Of a DNA stretch of 64,000 bases, positions 22,801 through 31,664 are shown piece after piece. The stretch is from assembly GCA_025360785.1 (NCBI GenBank), contig JANYBN010000099.1, positions 6,664 through 70,663 of the forward strand. The letters run 5' to 3'. Numbering within the stretch: the first letter of the stretch is position 1; each line of letters starts with the position of its first letter. This DNA comes from Geobacter sp. (GTDB lineage: Bacteria > Desulfobacterota > Desulfuromonadia > Geobacterales > Pseudopelobacteraceae). The notes beneath the pieces were generated by a model. It was not told where the DNA came from and made no database searches. It saw nothing but the letters and a program-made list of their open reading frames with translations. Position numbers and translations under genes: made by a program.

Positions 22801-24107
22801 CCGAGCGATTCGCTGCAGGCCTCCTCCAGAAACGAGCCGGTGCCGGCTGAACAGGCCTCGTTCATGGCGTAATCGCTGGCTACCCGGTTGGTGATGTAGG
22901 TGTACTTGGCGTCCTGGCCGCCGATTTCGAAGATGGTTTCCACCTCGGGATCAAAATGGATCGCCGCAGTGGCGTGCGCCACTATTTCATTGATGACCCC
23001 GTCACTTAAAGAGTGCAGCCCGGCAATCTGGCGTCCGCTGCCGGTCACGCCGAGTCCGATGATTTTGAGCTCCGCTCCGGCAGGAGCCTGTTCCAGTATC
23101 TGGCTGTAACAATCCCGGCTGGCGGCGATCGGGTCGCCGTTGGTGCGCAGATAGACACTGGCCGTAATGGCGTAATTGTCAGTCCGGAGCAGCACCGCCT
23201 TGGTGGTGGTGCTGCCGACATCGAGGCCGCAGACATATTCGCCGTCGTAGAATTCACCACGTGGCTCCGATTTGAAGGAGACCCGGCCACCGGCCTCTTT
23301 CAAGGCGGGGAAGGTCGAGAATGAGTGATACGCCTCCGAAACAAGCGTTTCCTTGTCGCTAACAACTATGCCATGTTCTTCCGCCCAGAGCAGCGCTCCC
23401 AGGGCTTCAAAACCGAGCGCCTCCGCTGGCACCACTATATCTGGAAACGCCTCCCGAATATAGTCTACGACCACCCGGTTGCTGCTGACGCCGCCGACCA
23501 TCAGAATTTTCTTCGCCTGCGCCTTTTGCAGGAGCTCAATAACCTTGCCCGCCATCATCCGGCAGAGTCCCGCGGCAACCTCTCCCTTATCCTTCCCCTT
23601 GTTGAGGGCATGGGTGCAGTCGCTCTTGCAGAACACCGAGCATCGGCCCGCCACCGGATAAGATTCGGATACGGCGGCCCGGTCAACAGCCTCGACAATG
23701 TCCAGCTCCATCCGCTTGATCTGCTGAAAGAAGAATTCGCCGGTCCCGGACGCGCATTTGTTGCCGGTGTGAACGCCCCGGATATTACCCTTGCTGTCAA
23801 GCATATAAACCAGGAAGGTCTCGCCGCCCGCCGAAATAATGCAGTCTATTCCCGGGTACGTTGGTTGAATGTGACGATAGGCAAGTTCAACTGTTTCCGG
23901 TTCAGAAACGGTTGGAATCGTGATCAGTTTTTTGAATTTACGGCCGGTAAAACCGATTGTCGCCGGCAGGGCGGTCGTAAAAAAGTCATTCAGAACCCCC
24001 ATAACCTTGCCGTCATGAGTTACCCGTGAATAGGTGACTCCTGCTGCCGTTCGCTCCGCGATGCTTATAGTGCTGGCGCCGAGACAGACGCCGTAAGTTT
24101 TTTTCAT
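19857..24107 (-). CDS. giant fusion protein: two BadF/BadG/BcrA/BcrD-type (2-hydroxyacyl-CoA dehydratase activator-like) ATPase modules plus a large C-terminal dehydratase-related/DUF2229-like region
   Basis: 1416 aa. Two acetate/sugar-kinase-fold starts (YGVCLGASTISIA and YVCGLDVGSTTTKAVLL). GGQD and CAAF-type motifs typical of HgdC-like activases. Cys-rich C-terminal part. Confidence 0.7.
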   Translation of the reverse strand: MKKTYGVCLGASTISIAERTAAGVTYSRVTHDGKVMGVLNDFFTTALPATIGFTGRKFKKLITIPTVSEPETVELAYRHIQPTYPGIDCIISAGGETFLVYMLDSKGNIRGVHTGNKCASGTGEFFFQQIKRMELDIVEAVDRAAVSESYPVAGRCSVFCKSDCTHALNKGKDKGEVAAGLCRMMAGKVIELLQKAQAKKILMVGGVSSNRVVVDYIREAFPDIVVPAEALGFEALGALLWAEEHGIVVSDKETLVSEAYHSFSTFPALKEAGGRVSFKSEPRGEFYDGEYVCGLDVGSTTTKAVLLRTDNYAITASVYLRTNGDPIAASRDCYSQILEQAPAGAELKIIGLGVTGSGRQIAGLHSLSDGVINEIVAHATAAIHFDPEVETIFEIGGQDAKYTYITNRVASDYAMNEACSAGTGSFLEEACSESLGIETKEIAGIAYESTSPPNFNDQCAAFISSDIKTAVQEGVAREDIVAGLVYSICQNYLNRVKGNRPVGKKIFMQGGVCYNSAVPAAMAQLCGQEIIVPPEPGLMGAFGAALEVYRKIEKGLLERHGFDLAELAGREVEYKEPFICAGGAEKCDRKCSVARIMVKGKTYPFGGACNKYYNIIGSKHDYDTNELDLVRMHEELVFRRYAPAPAKPGGVKVGIPASLFSNTFYPLYAHFFTNLGAEVILGDTLDPRGMEATGAAFCYPVVLSHALTSGLLQKELDYLFIPHVLSSAVEGGDETSCTCPFIQAEPYYLKAAFHEQLAPKLITAVLPFDDYKKMRKTFAGIGKTLGISARKSGRAFDDAWKVLLAMRTEMREIGARFIADLKEDETALVLFGRSYNAFNRHGNMGIPHKFATRGTKIIPHDFLPLHDYSGENVEWMYWTSGQGILNGADYILDKPNLYGVYITNFSCGPDSFITGYFRNTMGQKPSLTLELDAHTADAGVDTRIEAFLDVVRGYRELNLTPPEEEPFVPAELFSKKSGMFVRTGGGKEYPLTDPKVTVLIPSMGDTAAKGLAAAFRHAGIRSEALPPPGQQELMLGKGEATCKECLPLLLTSGSLLRYLEERKRHDEVVVYFMPGAEGPCRFGQYNIFMSNHIKKNRLDNIALLSLSCENGYGGMSAAFTRRVWRAFNISDGLDEVYAGVLTVATNRDEALAIYEKGKARIIESIATDKFSDTLKVLDEVMNSLGRCDKKYPVGDSVMVNLTGEIYVRRDGFSRQYLVEQLADRGVLARTAPLTEWMYYTDYTVLKGIAHDSSFGARLGIRLKSFFMRKDETDIKKRLLSSGFYHPCDVDVKDLMDRGAALISPELSGETILTVSSVLTEVGDDTHGVISIGPFGCMPCRIAESVLNHRLIDEKENFSRHSGAFWAEHKNELPLPFLAIETDGNAFPQVVEARLESLVLSAQRLKSEMDKAAHSNN

Positions 24108-24322
24108 GATTTCCTCCTGAAATTATTGACCGCTATATATAGCAAATAAAAGCTGCGCGGAAAAGGGGAAAACGCCGATTTTATCTCTACAATCGATCAG
24201 TTGCCGTATTACAGCCTTTCATATCCGCATTCAAGCCTGTCCCGGTTCACGCAGCAAATGTCATACAAAGGCAATATTTTGCCGTTGACAGCATCCTGTT
24301 AATAGGTGACCTTATTCCAACC

Positions 24323-25531
24323 ATGAATCAGCACTCCAGAGCGTTTACATACTTTCTGACCGCCCGTGCCGCGGCGACTCTCGCCTATCAGATGGCCAGT
24401 GTCGCCATCGGCTGGCAGATGTACGACCTGACAGGCAGCCCCCTTGCACTCGGCCTGGTCGGTCTCGTTCAGTTTATCCCCTCGTTGCTGCTGGCGCTGT
24501 ATGTCGGGCATGCCGCCGACCGCTATGACCGGCGCGCGATCGTAGCGATCGCCCAGACACTGGAGGCACTGGCACTCCTATGTCTGGCGATTTTCAGTGG
24601 GCTGCACCTTATCGATAGAAACACGATCCTGCTGATCGTCTTCCTGCTGGGGGTCGCCAGGGCCTTTGAGTACACGACCTTCCAAACCCTGCTGCCGGCG
24701 CTGGTAACGCAGGAAACGCTTCCCGCGGCGATTGCCAAAAACGCCTCGGTACGCCAGGCGGCTGTCATCATCGGGCCGGTGCTGGGGGGCTTTCTCTATC
24801 TGGCTGGTTCCGGGGTGGTCTATCTCTCGGCGGGAGGCATGTTTCTGCTGGCGGCGGCCATCATTGCCCGGCTCGGCATGCAACGGCGAGCCATGACCGC
24901 ACGTGAGCCGGCCACGCTCAAATCGCTATTCGCCGGAATCGCCTACATACGGAGCCAGCCGGTACTGCTCGGCGCAATTTCACTGGATCTGTTTGCCGTG
25001 CTGCTCGGCGGCGCCACGGCACTGCTCCCCATTTTCGCCCGCGACATCCTGGCGGTCGGCCCGTGGGGGCTCGGCATCCTGAGAGCGGCCCCGGCGGTCG
25101 GCGCCTTGACGGCTTCGCTGTATCTGGCCCAAAAACCGCTGCAGCGCAACGTGGGTAAAATCATGTTTGCCGCGGTCGCAGGGTTTGGCCTGGCGACAAT
25201 AATATTTGCGCTTTCGACGTCGATCGTGCTGTCCTGCCTGGCGCTGATTGTGCTGGGGTGGACCGACATGATCAGCGTCGTCATCCGGGCGTCGCTGATC
25301 CAATTGGAATCCCCGGACGAGATGCGCGGCCGGGTCAACGCCGTCAATGCCACCTTTATCGGCACTTCCAATGAATTCGGCGAGTTCGAGTCCGGCCTCA
25401 CGGCGGCCTGGTTCGGCGTGGTCCCGGCCGCCCTGCTGGGAGGCGTCGGCACGCTGGCGGTGGTTGTGCTCTGGATCTACCTGTTTCCGCAGCTGCTACG
25501 GCGCGAACGACTGCATTCGCCCTCTCAATAA
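24323..25531 (+). CDS. MFS transporter, EntS/MFS_3-like (transmembrane secretion effector family)
   Basis: 402 aa, about 12 TM segments. The N-terminus FLTARAAATLAYQMASVAIGWQMYDLTGSPLALGLVGLVQFIP resembles enterobactin-exporter-type MFS proteins. Confidence 0.65.
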   Translation: MNQHSRAFTYFLTARAAATLAYQMASVAIGWQMYDLTGSPLALGLVGLVQFIPSLLLALYVGHAADRYDRRAIVAIAQTLEALALLCLAIFSGLHLIDRNTILLIVFLLGVARAFEYTTFQTLLPALVTQETLPAAIAKNASVRQAAVIIGPVLGGFLYLAGSGVVYLSAGGMFLLAAAIIARLGMQRRAMTAREPATLKSLFAGIAYIRSQPVLLGAISLDLFAVLLGGATALLPIFARDILAVGPWGLGILRAAPAVGALTASLYLAQKPLQRNVGKIMFAAVAGFGLATIIFALSTSIVLSCLALIVLGWTDMISVVIRASLIQLESPDEMRGRVNAVNATFIGTSNEFGEFESGLTAAWFGVVPAALLGGVGTLAVVVLWIYLFPQLLRRERLHSPSQ

Positions 25532-25574
25532 TTCTTTTTTTCTGCATACTCAGAAGAACTGCAAAAAAACTATT

Positions 25575-25593
25575 GACATTGATATTCAATATC
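25575..25593. promoter_or_regulatory. Fur-box-like site 1
   Basis: GACATTGATATTCAATATC matches 15 of 19 positions of GATAATGATAATCATTATC. It contains the perfect palindrome GATATTcAATATC and overlaps a TTGACA hexamer. Confidence 0.45.
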
Positions 25594-25779
25594 GGCATTC
25601 TTTCTTTACTTCGAACACGTAAGAAATAGCCACCCTAAATCTTGCAACTTCGTCGAAGCAAAGAGCGTTCCGGTCCTGGAACACTGCTCAGACGCACCCA
25701 CCCATACATATTTAATGATCAACAGATACCGGCTGTGCGCAAATCAAGCAGCCACAGGAGTGTTTTTTACCATGTTAGT

Positions 25780-25798
25780 GATAACGACAATCAGTATC
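25780..25798. promoter_or_regulatory. Fur-box-like site 2, about 40 nt upstream of the porin start
   Basis: GATAACGACAATCAGTATC matches 16 of 19 positions of the Fur consensus. It sits inside the dyad GTGATA-N11-TATCAC. Confidence 0.55.
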
Positions 25799-25837
25799 AC
25801 GTACGCTCGCACCAACACAATCAACTGGAGGTAGTAA

Positions 25838-27070
25838 ATGAGAAAATCTGTATTGGTAACAACATTGATGATCGGAGTGTTCGTTGGATCAGCCTCCCAT
25901 GCTGATCCGCTTCCGGATCTGCAAGGCCAGCTGGACGAACTCAAGGGGAGCATTCAGCGGCTGCAAGCGGAGAAAAGCCAGACGGCGCCCCCTGAGAGCA
26001 GCGATTATCAGAAAAAACTTTGGGGTAACACCAGGCTGAGCGGATACGGTGAACTGGATTTCATCTCCGTAAAGAAGAACGGCAACGGCAAGGAGGGCAA
26101 CATCCTCGATCCCCGCCGTGTGGTTCTCAACGTAACGTCCCGGCTTTCGGACTGGATCGACTTCAATTCAGAGCTCGAATGGGAACATGGCGGGAGCGAC
26201 GGCGGCGCGGAGGGGAGCATTTCGGTGGAGCAGGCCTATCTTACATTCCGTTTCAATCCCGCCTTCAACATCAAGAGCGGCGTGATGCTCATGCCGATGG
26301 GAGCGATCAACCAGAACCACGAGCCGGTAAGTTTTTACTCAAGCGCCAGACCGGCTCTGGACACGTTTCTGATTCCGAGCACCTGGCAGGAAATGGGAGC
26401 CGGCATCAGCGGGGCGTTGCATAGCAAAGTGGACTACCAGCTAATGGCGGTAATGGGCCTGGACGGCACAAAATTCGATGGCGAAAACGGATTGCGGGAA
26501 GGAAGACAGGGATTCGGCATGGACAACAACCGTAATTTTGGTGTTACCGGACGTATTGATGTGCGCCCGATCGAAGCCCTTACTACCTCGCTATCGTTCT
26601 ATTCAGGAGACTCTGCGCCAAGCGGCAGCCCGTCGGCATACACCACGGTCGCCGCCTTTGACGGGCGTTATCGCTTCAGTGATTTTGAACTGGCCGGCGA
26701 GTATGTGCATGTCTATCAAGATCATCCCGAAGTGCTGAATAAAGAGATCGGCAGGAACATGTCGGGATACTGGGTGGAGGGAGCCTGGCACGCGCTGCCC
26801 AAGGCATGGCAACACGGCAAGCTTGCGAGCGCTGATGCCGTAATATTTGCGCGATACTCCGAACTGGACACGCAGGAAGGGGGCGCGATTGACCCCTCCA
26901 AAACCAGCGGCAAGCTTAACCGCAACTACACCACGGTGGGGATGTCGTTCATGCCGATCCCCGCGGTAGCGATCAAGGCTGATTACCAGTTCTTCGGCGA
27001 TCATCGCAGCAGCGGCGAAATCCCGCTCGACAATGACAAGTTCCAGTTAACGGTTGGCTTTGTCTTTTGA
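25838..27070 (+). CDS. outer-membrane beta-barrel porin with N-terminal coiled-coil segment
   Basis: Signal peptide (VFVGSASHA), coiled-coil LQGQLDELKGSIQRLQAEK, alternating beta-strand pattern, C-terminal aromatic residue ...QLTVGFVF. GGAGG RBS. Confidence 0.65.
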   Translation: MRKSVLVTTLMIGVFVGSASHADPLPDLQGQLDELKGSIQRLQAEKSQTAPPESSDYQKKLWGNTRLSGYGELDFISVKKNGNGKEGNILDPRRVVLNVTSRLSDWIDFNSELEWEHGGSDGGAEGSISVEQAYLTFRFNPAFNIKSGVMLMPMGAINQNHEPVSFYSSARPALDTFLIPSTWQEMGAGISGALHSKVDYQLMAVMGLDGTKFDGENGLREGRQGFGMDNNRNFGVTGRIDVRPIEALTTSLSFYSGDSAPSGSPSAYTTVAAFDGRYRFSDFELAGEYVHVYQDHPEVLNKEIGRNMSGYWVEGAWHALPKAWQHGKLASADAVIFARYSELDTQEGGAIDPSKTSGKLNRNYTTVGMSFMPIPAVAIKADYQFFGDHRSSGEIPLDNDKFQLTVGFVF

Positions 27071-27156
27071 TGCGCTCAATTGCCATTTCACATTTCCTTG
27101 CTATACTCATCTTAAATGTGACTATTAAAGGCCTTTGCAACCATGATCCTTGCCCC

Positions 27157-27957
27157 ATGACAACACGAGACAACACACATATCGATCGGATGCCGGCCCT
27201 CTTCGTGGGGCACGGCAGCCCGATGAACGCCATCGAGGAGAACTCCTTTGCCGCCGCCTGGCGCGAGACGGCGGTCCGGATGCCGCGCCCGAAAGCCATC
27301 CTCTGTATTTCGGCACACTGGGAAACCGAGGGGAGCTTCGTCACATCCATGACGCACCCCAGGACGATCCACGACTTCTACGGCTTCCCGGATGAGCTGT
27401 ACCGGACCCAGTACCCGGCGCCAGGTTCACCCGAGCTTGCCGAGCGGGTGCGTACTCTGGTCGGCTCCACGGCGGTGCGTCCGGATGACGGCTATTCCTG
27501 GGGGCTGGACCACGGCGCCTGGTCAGTGCTCCGCCGCATGTATCCCGAGGCGGACATCCCGGTCGTGCAGCTGAGCCTGGATCGCACCCAGCATCCCCGC
27601 TTCCACTACGACCTCGCCACCGAACTTCTTCCCCTGCGGCGGGAGGGGGTGCTGGTGGTGGGGAGCGGCAATCTGGTCCACAACCTGCGGCTGCTGAATT
27701 GGGGCGCGGACAGCCCCTATCCCTGGGCCGCTGAGTTCGACCGTCTGGCCACCGAGCTTATTCTGGCCGGGGAGCACGACCGCCTGGTGGCCTATCCGGC
27801 CCTGGGGGAAGCAGCCCGGCTCGCGATCCCGACCAACGAGCACTACCTGCCGCTTCTCTACACACTGGCGCTGCAGCAGCCGGGGGAAGAGGCCGCCTTC
27901 TTCGCCGAAGGGATGGTATTCGGCTCGATATCCATGCGTTCCCTGCGGATCGGCTGA
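27157..27957 (+). CDS. ygiD: LigB-family extradiol ring-cleavage dioxygenase (4,5-DOPA dioxygenase/YgiD-like)
   Basis: MPALFVGHGSPMNAIE..., ISAHW and GSGNLVHNL motifs. I prefer the ATG at 27157 over the track start at 27067, which adds a non-conserved hydrophobic extension. Confidence 0.75.
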   Translation: MTTRDNTHIDRMPALFVGHGSPMNAIEENSFAAAWRETAVRMPRPKAILCISAHWETEGSFVTSMTHPRTIHDFYGFPDELYRTQYPAPGSPELAERVRTLVGSTAVRPDDGYSWGLDHGAWSVLRRMYPEADIPVVQLSLDRTQHPRFHYDLATELLPLRREGVLVVGSGNLVHNLRLLNWGADSPYPWAAEFDRLATELILAGEHDRLVAYPALGEAARLAIPTNEHYLPLLYTLALQQPGEEAAFFAEGMVFGSISMRSLRIG

Positions 27958-27996
27958 CGCGATCCAAATCCACGACTCCGATTCATCCTCCTGCAA

Positions 27997-28024
27997 TTGC
28001 ACAATCACTCTTCCCTGCTATACT
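27997..28024 (+). promoter_or_regulatory. sigma70-type promoter candidate for sucCD
   Basis: TTGCAC-16 nt-TATACT, about 30 nt upstream of the sucC ATG. Confidence 0.45.
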
Positions 28025-28055
28025 TTCCGCAAATCCATTTGCTGGAGCGCTCTCC

Positions 28056-29225
28056 ATGAATATCCATGAGTATCAGGCCAAGGAGATTCTCGGCAGTTAC
28101 GGAATCCCTATTCCCCGGGGGCGCGTCGCACTGACGTCAGATCAGGTCGAACGGGCCGCCAAGATGATGGGGGGGCGCTGCGTCGTCAAGGCGCAGATAT
28201 ATGCCGGAGGGCGAGGCAAGGCCGGTGGCGTCAAGCTGATCCACCATCCGGAGGAGGCCCAGGAATACGGCAAGGAACTGTTCGGGCGCTCGCTGGTGAC
28301 CAAGCAGACCGGTCCGCTGGGACTGAAGGTGCGCCGCATCCTGGTAGAAGAGGCGGTTGAGATCGCCCGCGAGTTCTACCTTTCCATCACGCTTGACCGC
28401 GAAAGCTCCCGCTATATCCTGATCGCTTCGGCTGAAGGGGGCATAGACATCGAAGAGGTCGCCGCCAGAAGTCCGGAGAAGATCCTGACGCGAACCATCG
28501 ATCCGTTCACCGGCCTGCGCCCCTATCAGGCGCGCAAGATTGCGCTGGCGCTGGGACTGACCGGGACGATCTGCGAAGATTGTGTCGAGCTGATCCTGAA
28601 TCTGTACCGTGTCTGCCAGGAAAAGGACTGCGCCCTGATCGAAATCAACCCGCTGGTGGTGACCAAGGCTGGCTGGCTGATGGCTATGGACGCCAAGATC
28701 ACTTTTGACGACAACGCCGTTTTTCGCCATCGCGAATACCCCGACATGGTGGACTATTCACAACTGGACCCGCTGGAGATCAATGCGGCCAAATACGACC
28801 TATCTTATATCAAGCTGTCCGGCACGATCGGCTGTATGGTCAACGGGGCCGGACTGGCCATGGCGACCCTGGATGTGCTGAAGGAATGTGGCGGCGAACC
28901 GGCTAACTTTCTGGACGTTGGCGGCGGCGCAACCCGTGAGAAGGTGGCCGAGGCATTCAGGATCATCCTGCAGGATTGCGATGTAAAAGGCATCTTCGTC
29001 AACATCTTCGGCGGCATCATGCGCTGCGATGTCATAGCCCAGGGGATCATCGAAGCGGCCGGTGCAGTCGGCTGTACCCTGCCGATTGTGGTCCGCATGG
29101 ATGGCAGCCATGTCGAGGAGGGGAAGAAGCTGTTACAGGAATCAAGGCTGAACGTGCAGATCGGCACAAATCTGGGAGACGGCGCTGCCAGGATTGTTCG
29201 GATGCTGGGAGAGGTGAAACAATAG
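28056..29225 (+). CDS. sucC: succinyl-CoA synthetase beta subunit
   Basis: MNIHEYQAKEIL..., ATP-grasp domain, and GGIMRCDVIA at the C-terminus. Confidence 0.95.
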   Translation: MNIHEYQAKEILGSYGIPIPRGRVALTSDQVERAAKMMGGRCVVKAQIYAGGRGKAGGVKLIHHPEEAQEYGKELFGRSLVTKQTGPLGLKVRRILVEEAVEIAREFYLSITLDRESSRYILIASAEGGIDIEEVAARSPEKILTRTIDPFTGLRPYQARKIALALGLTGTICEDCVELILNLYRVCQEKDCALIEINPLVVTKAGWLMAMDAKITFDDNAVFRHREYPDMVDYSQLDPLEINAAKYDLSYIKLSGTIGCMVNGAGLAMATLDVLKECGGEPANFLDVGGGATREKVAEAFRIILQDCDVKGIFVNIFGGIMRCDVIAQGIIEAAGAVGCTLPIVVRMDGSHVEEGKKLLQESRLNVQIGTNLGDGAARIVRMLGEVKQ

Positions 29226-29228
29226 ATC

Positions 29229-30143
29229 ATGTCAATACTTGTCGATAAAAAATCCAGGGTGATCGTCCAGGGGATCACCGGCCGGAGCGGCCTGTTCCAC
29301 ACCAAACAGTGCCGCGAATACGGCACCAGCATCGTGGCAGGAGTCACCCCCGGCAAGGGGGGGATCCATATCGAAGGGATCCCGGTATTCAACACCGTTG
29401 CCGAGGCGATCCAGTACACCGAAGCCAACGTCGCGATGATCTTCGTGCCGCCTCCCTTTGCTGCCGACGCCATTCTTGAGTCGATAGACGCCGGAATCGC
29501 CCTGGCGGTCTGCATCACCGAGGGAATCCCGATCCGCGACATGGTGCCGGTCAAGGCGGTTCTGCAGGGGAGCGCCACCCGCCTGATCGGCCCCAACTGT
29601 CCCGGCATCATAACCCCCGGAGCATGCAAGGTCGGCATCATGCCGGGACACATCCATATACCGGGCAGGATCGGGGTCGTGTCGCGCAGCGGCACCCTTA
29701 CCTACGAAGCGGTCAAACAGCTGACCGATGCCGGACTGGGCCAATCAACCTGCATCGGCATCGGCGGCGATCCGATCATCGGTATGAATTTCATCGATGT
29801 CCTGACCCTTTTCAACCAGGACCCGGACACCGAGGCGGTATTCATGATCGGCGAGATCGGCGGCGGCGCAGAGGAAGCAGCCGCCGCGTGGATCAAGAAG
29901 AACATGGCCAAGCCGGTGGCCGCCTTTATCGCCGGTGTCACCGCCCCTCCCGGCAGGCGGATGGGGCATGCGGGCGCTATCATCACCGGCGGCAAAGGGA
30001 AGGCGGAGGACAAGATCCGCACCCTGCAAGAGTGCGGCGTGGTCGTTGCCACGAGCCCGACGAGAATGGGCGAGGCGATGCTGGCGGCGCTTGAGAAGTC
30101 GGGACGTCCGGCTCAAAAGGGCGCTGCCAAACCGGCCCCATAG
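29229..30143 (+). CDS. sucD: succinyl-CoA synthetase alpha subunit
   Basis: [11 protein letters not shown]..., SRSGTLTYE, and GHAGAII (phosphohistidine loop). Confidence 0.95.
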   Translation: MSILVDKKSRVIVQGITGRSGLFHTKQCREYGTSIVAGVTPGKGGIHIEGIPVFNTVAEAIQYTEANVAMIFVPPPFAADAILESIDAGIALAVCITEGIPIRDMVPVKAVLQGSATRLIGPNCPGIITPGACKVGIMPGHIHIPGRIGVVSRSGTLTYEAVKQLTDAGLGQSTCIGIGGDPIIGMNFIDVLTLFNQDPDTEAVFMIGEIGGGAEEAAAAWIKKNMAKPVAAFIAGVTAPPGRRMGHAGAIITGGKGKAEDKIRTLQECGVVVATSPTRMGEAMLAALEKSGRPAQKGAAKPAP

Positions 30144-30286
30144 CAGGGCGGAAAATAGCGCTTTTATCTCCGCAAACCAGAAGTGGCCCGTTTCCCAGGC
30201 CGAGACGAGGCCAGTTTTGTGCATTGCCACTCTCCCGCGACTGATATACAGTATCCTCCTGAATACCCACGATCAGAAAGGAACGT

Positions 30287-31225
30287 ATGTTCAAAGTAAT
30301 TTTGCCGTCATTAATTGGAGCGTGTCTGGTCATGGCATTCATGCTCTGTTCGGCGCCGCTGGCCAGCGCCACCGAGGAATACGCCAAACAGACCGGCCGG
30401 CCCTGCTCTGCCTGTCACCTTGACCCTGGGGGTGGCGGAGAGTTAACCGCAGCCGGCAAGGCTTTTGCCGCTCCCCCCCACGCGACAACGGAACCGCCGC
30501 AAACACCCCCGAAAACAAACATATTCTTCAAGGGATTCCGCTTGGTGGTCGGCTACATCCACTTCCTGACCGCCGTGTTCTGGTTCGGTACAATCCTGTA
30601 TGTGCACCTGGTTCTCAAACCGGCCTATGCGGCCAGCGGCCTGCCGCGCGGCGAACTGAGAGTCGGCATCTTATCAATGATCATCATGGGCGTAACCGGC
30701 GCGATCCTGACACATTTCAGGATCACCTCTGTTGACACCCTCATTCATACCCGTTTTGGCATCCTCCTTATCGCCAAGGTAACCCTCTATCTGGTCATGG
30801 TCATCTCCGTAGTCATCGTCGTCACCTTCATCGGCCCGCGCCTTAAGGCAAAGAAAAAGAAACCGCCGACAGCTGCCGCATCAGGCGACTTGACGCCGGA
30901 GGAGCTGGCAACATGCGACGGCAAGGAAGGGCGGCCGGCCTGTTTCGCCTTTGAGGGAAAAATCTACGATGCAACGGAGAGCAAGCTCTGGAAGCAGGGC
31001 GTGCACATGGGACGCCACAACGCCGGTGCGGATCTGACTGAAGCGCTTAAACAGGCGCCGCACGGACAGGACAAAGTGGAGGAAATGCGCGAAGTCGGAA
31101 TGCTCGTCGCTGTCGGCCCGCGCAAAATGGAGCCGCACGAGAAGGTATTCTACTTCATGGCGTACATGAACCTAACCATTGTCCTGGTCATCATCCTGAT
31201 CCTTTCCCTCTGGCGGTGGGGATAG
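30287..31225 (+). CDS. fusion membrane protein: monohaem cytochrome c domain + 3 TM segments + cytochrome b5-like haem/steroid-binding domain + C-terminal TM
   Basis: Signal peptide, one CSACH haem c site, and a hydrophobic core (FLTAVFWFGTILYVHLVL etc). A KAKKKKPP stop-transfer sequence follows. Next comes CDGKEGRPACFAFEGKIYDATESKLWKQGVHMGRHNAGADLTEAL, typical of bacterial b5-like (COG4892-type) domains, and a final TM segment. Confidence 0.6.
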   Translation: MFKVILPSLIGACLVMAFMLCSAPLASATEEYAKQTGRPCSACHLDPGGGGELTAAGKAFAAPPHATTEPPQTPPKTNIFFKGFRLVVGYIHFLTAVFWFGTILYVHLVLKPAYAASGLPRGELRVGILSMIIMGVTGAILTHFRITSVDTLIHTRFGILLIAKVTLYLVMVISVVIVVTFIGPRLKAKKKKPPTAAASGDLTPEELATCDGKEGRPACFAFEGKIYDATESKLWKQGVHMGRHNAGADLTEALKQAPHGQDKVEEMREVGMLVAVGPRKMEPHEKVFYFMAYMNLTIVLVIILILSLWRWG

Positions 31226-31363
31226 ATGATAAAACCAATGGCATAGCCCGTAACGAGCTGACGCCGCCATGGGCGTAAAGAAGTCATTAGATGCACGCCT
31301 CTCACCGTCAATTTCCTCTCACACCCCCCACTTAATCCTTGACAAGATTTAATGTAACCCTGT

Positions 31364-31564
31364 ATGACGAGAAACTTGGGAGGGGTGCCGCGGATTCGAG
31401 AGACTGATTCGCTCCTGGTACAGGTTCCCTTCACCATGAAAGCTCTGCGAGACCGCCTTAAAGGAGTCGGTGCCAAGTGGGATTCGGTGCAAAAGCTTTG
31501 GCGGGTGCGGTGGGGATTGATCCGGGGGGACAGGGAACTGGTGGAGAGAATTGTGAGGGAATAA
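31364..31564 (+). CDS. small protein with DUF5710-like motif (mobile-element associated)
   Basis: VQVPFTMKALRDRLKGVGAKWDSVQKLWRV resembles the VPF..K...K.lGAkWD...K.W.V motif seen at the ends of plasmid/ICE primase-type proteins. Start codon uncertain. Confidence 0.35.
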   Translation: MTRNLGGVPRIRETDSLLVQVPFTMKALRDRLKGVGAKWDSVQKLWRVRWGLIRGDRELVERIVRE

Positions 31565-31664
31565 AGGTCCTATATGAGTAACATCGCAACTCCCTTATAT
31601 AGGCCATAAATGTCTCATATAAGTAATAAATGGCTAATATTGGGAAACCTACTAATCACGAGTT

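Noticed and set aside
24285-24290. Perfect TTGACA hexamer upstream of the MFS gene as a promoter -35 element.
   Set aside because: No acceptable -10 hexamer lies at 16-18 bp spacing. TAATAG lies only 9 bp away.
25642-25905. 87-aa ORF in the MFS-porin spacer overlapping the porin start.
   Set aside because: It has no RBS, runs across both regulatory sites and into the porin signal-peptide region in another frame, and has an implausible composition.
28805-29695. 296-aa minus-strand ORF spanning the sucC-sucD junction, plus Arg-rich plus-strand ORFs at 29624..30094 and 29935..30423.
   Set aside because: These are antisense or off-frame to sucCD, with extreme Arg/Pro/Gly composition. They are not credible proteins.
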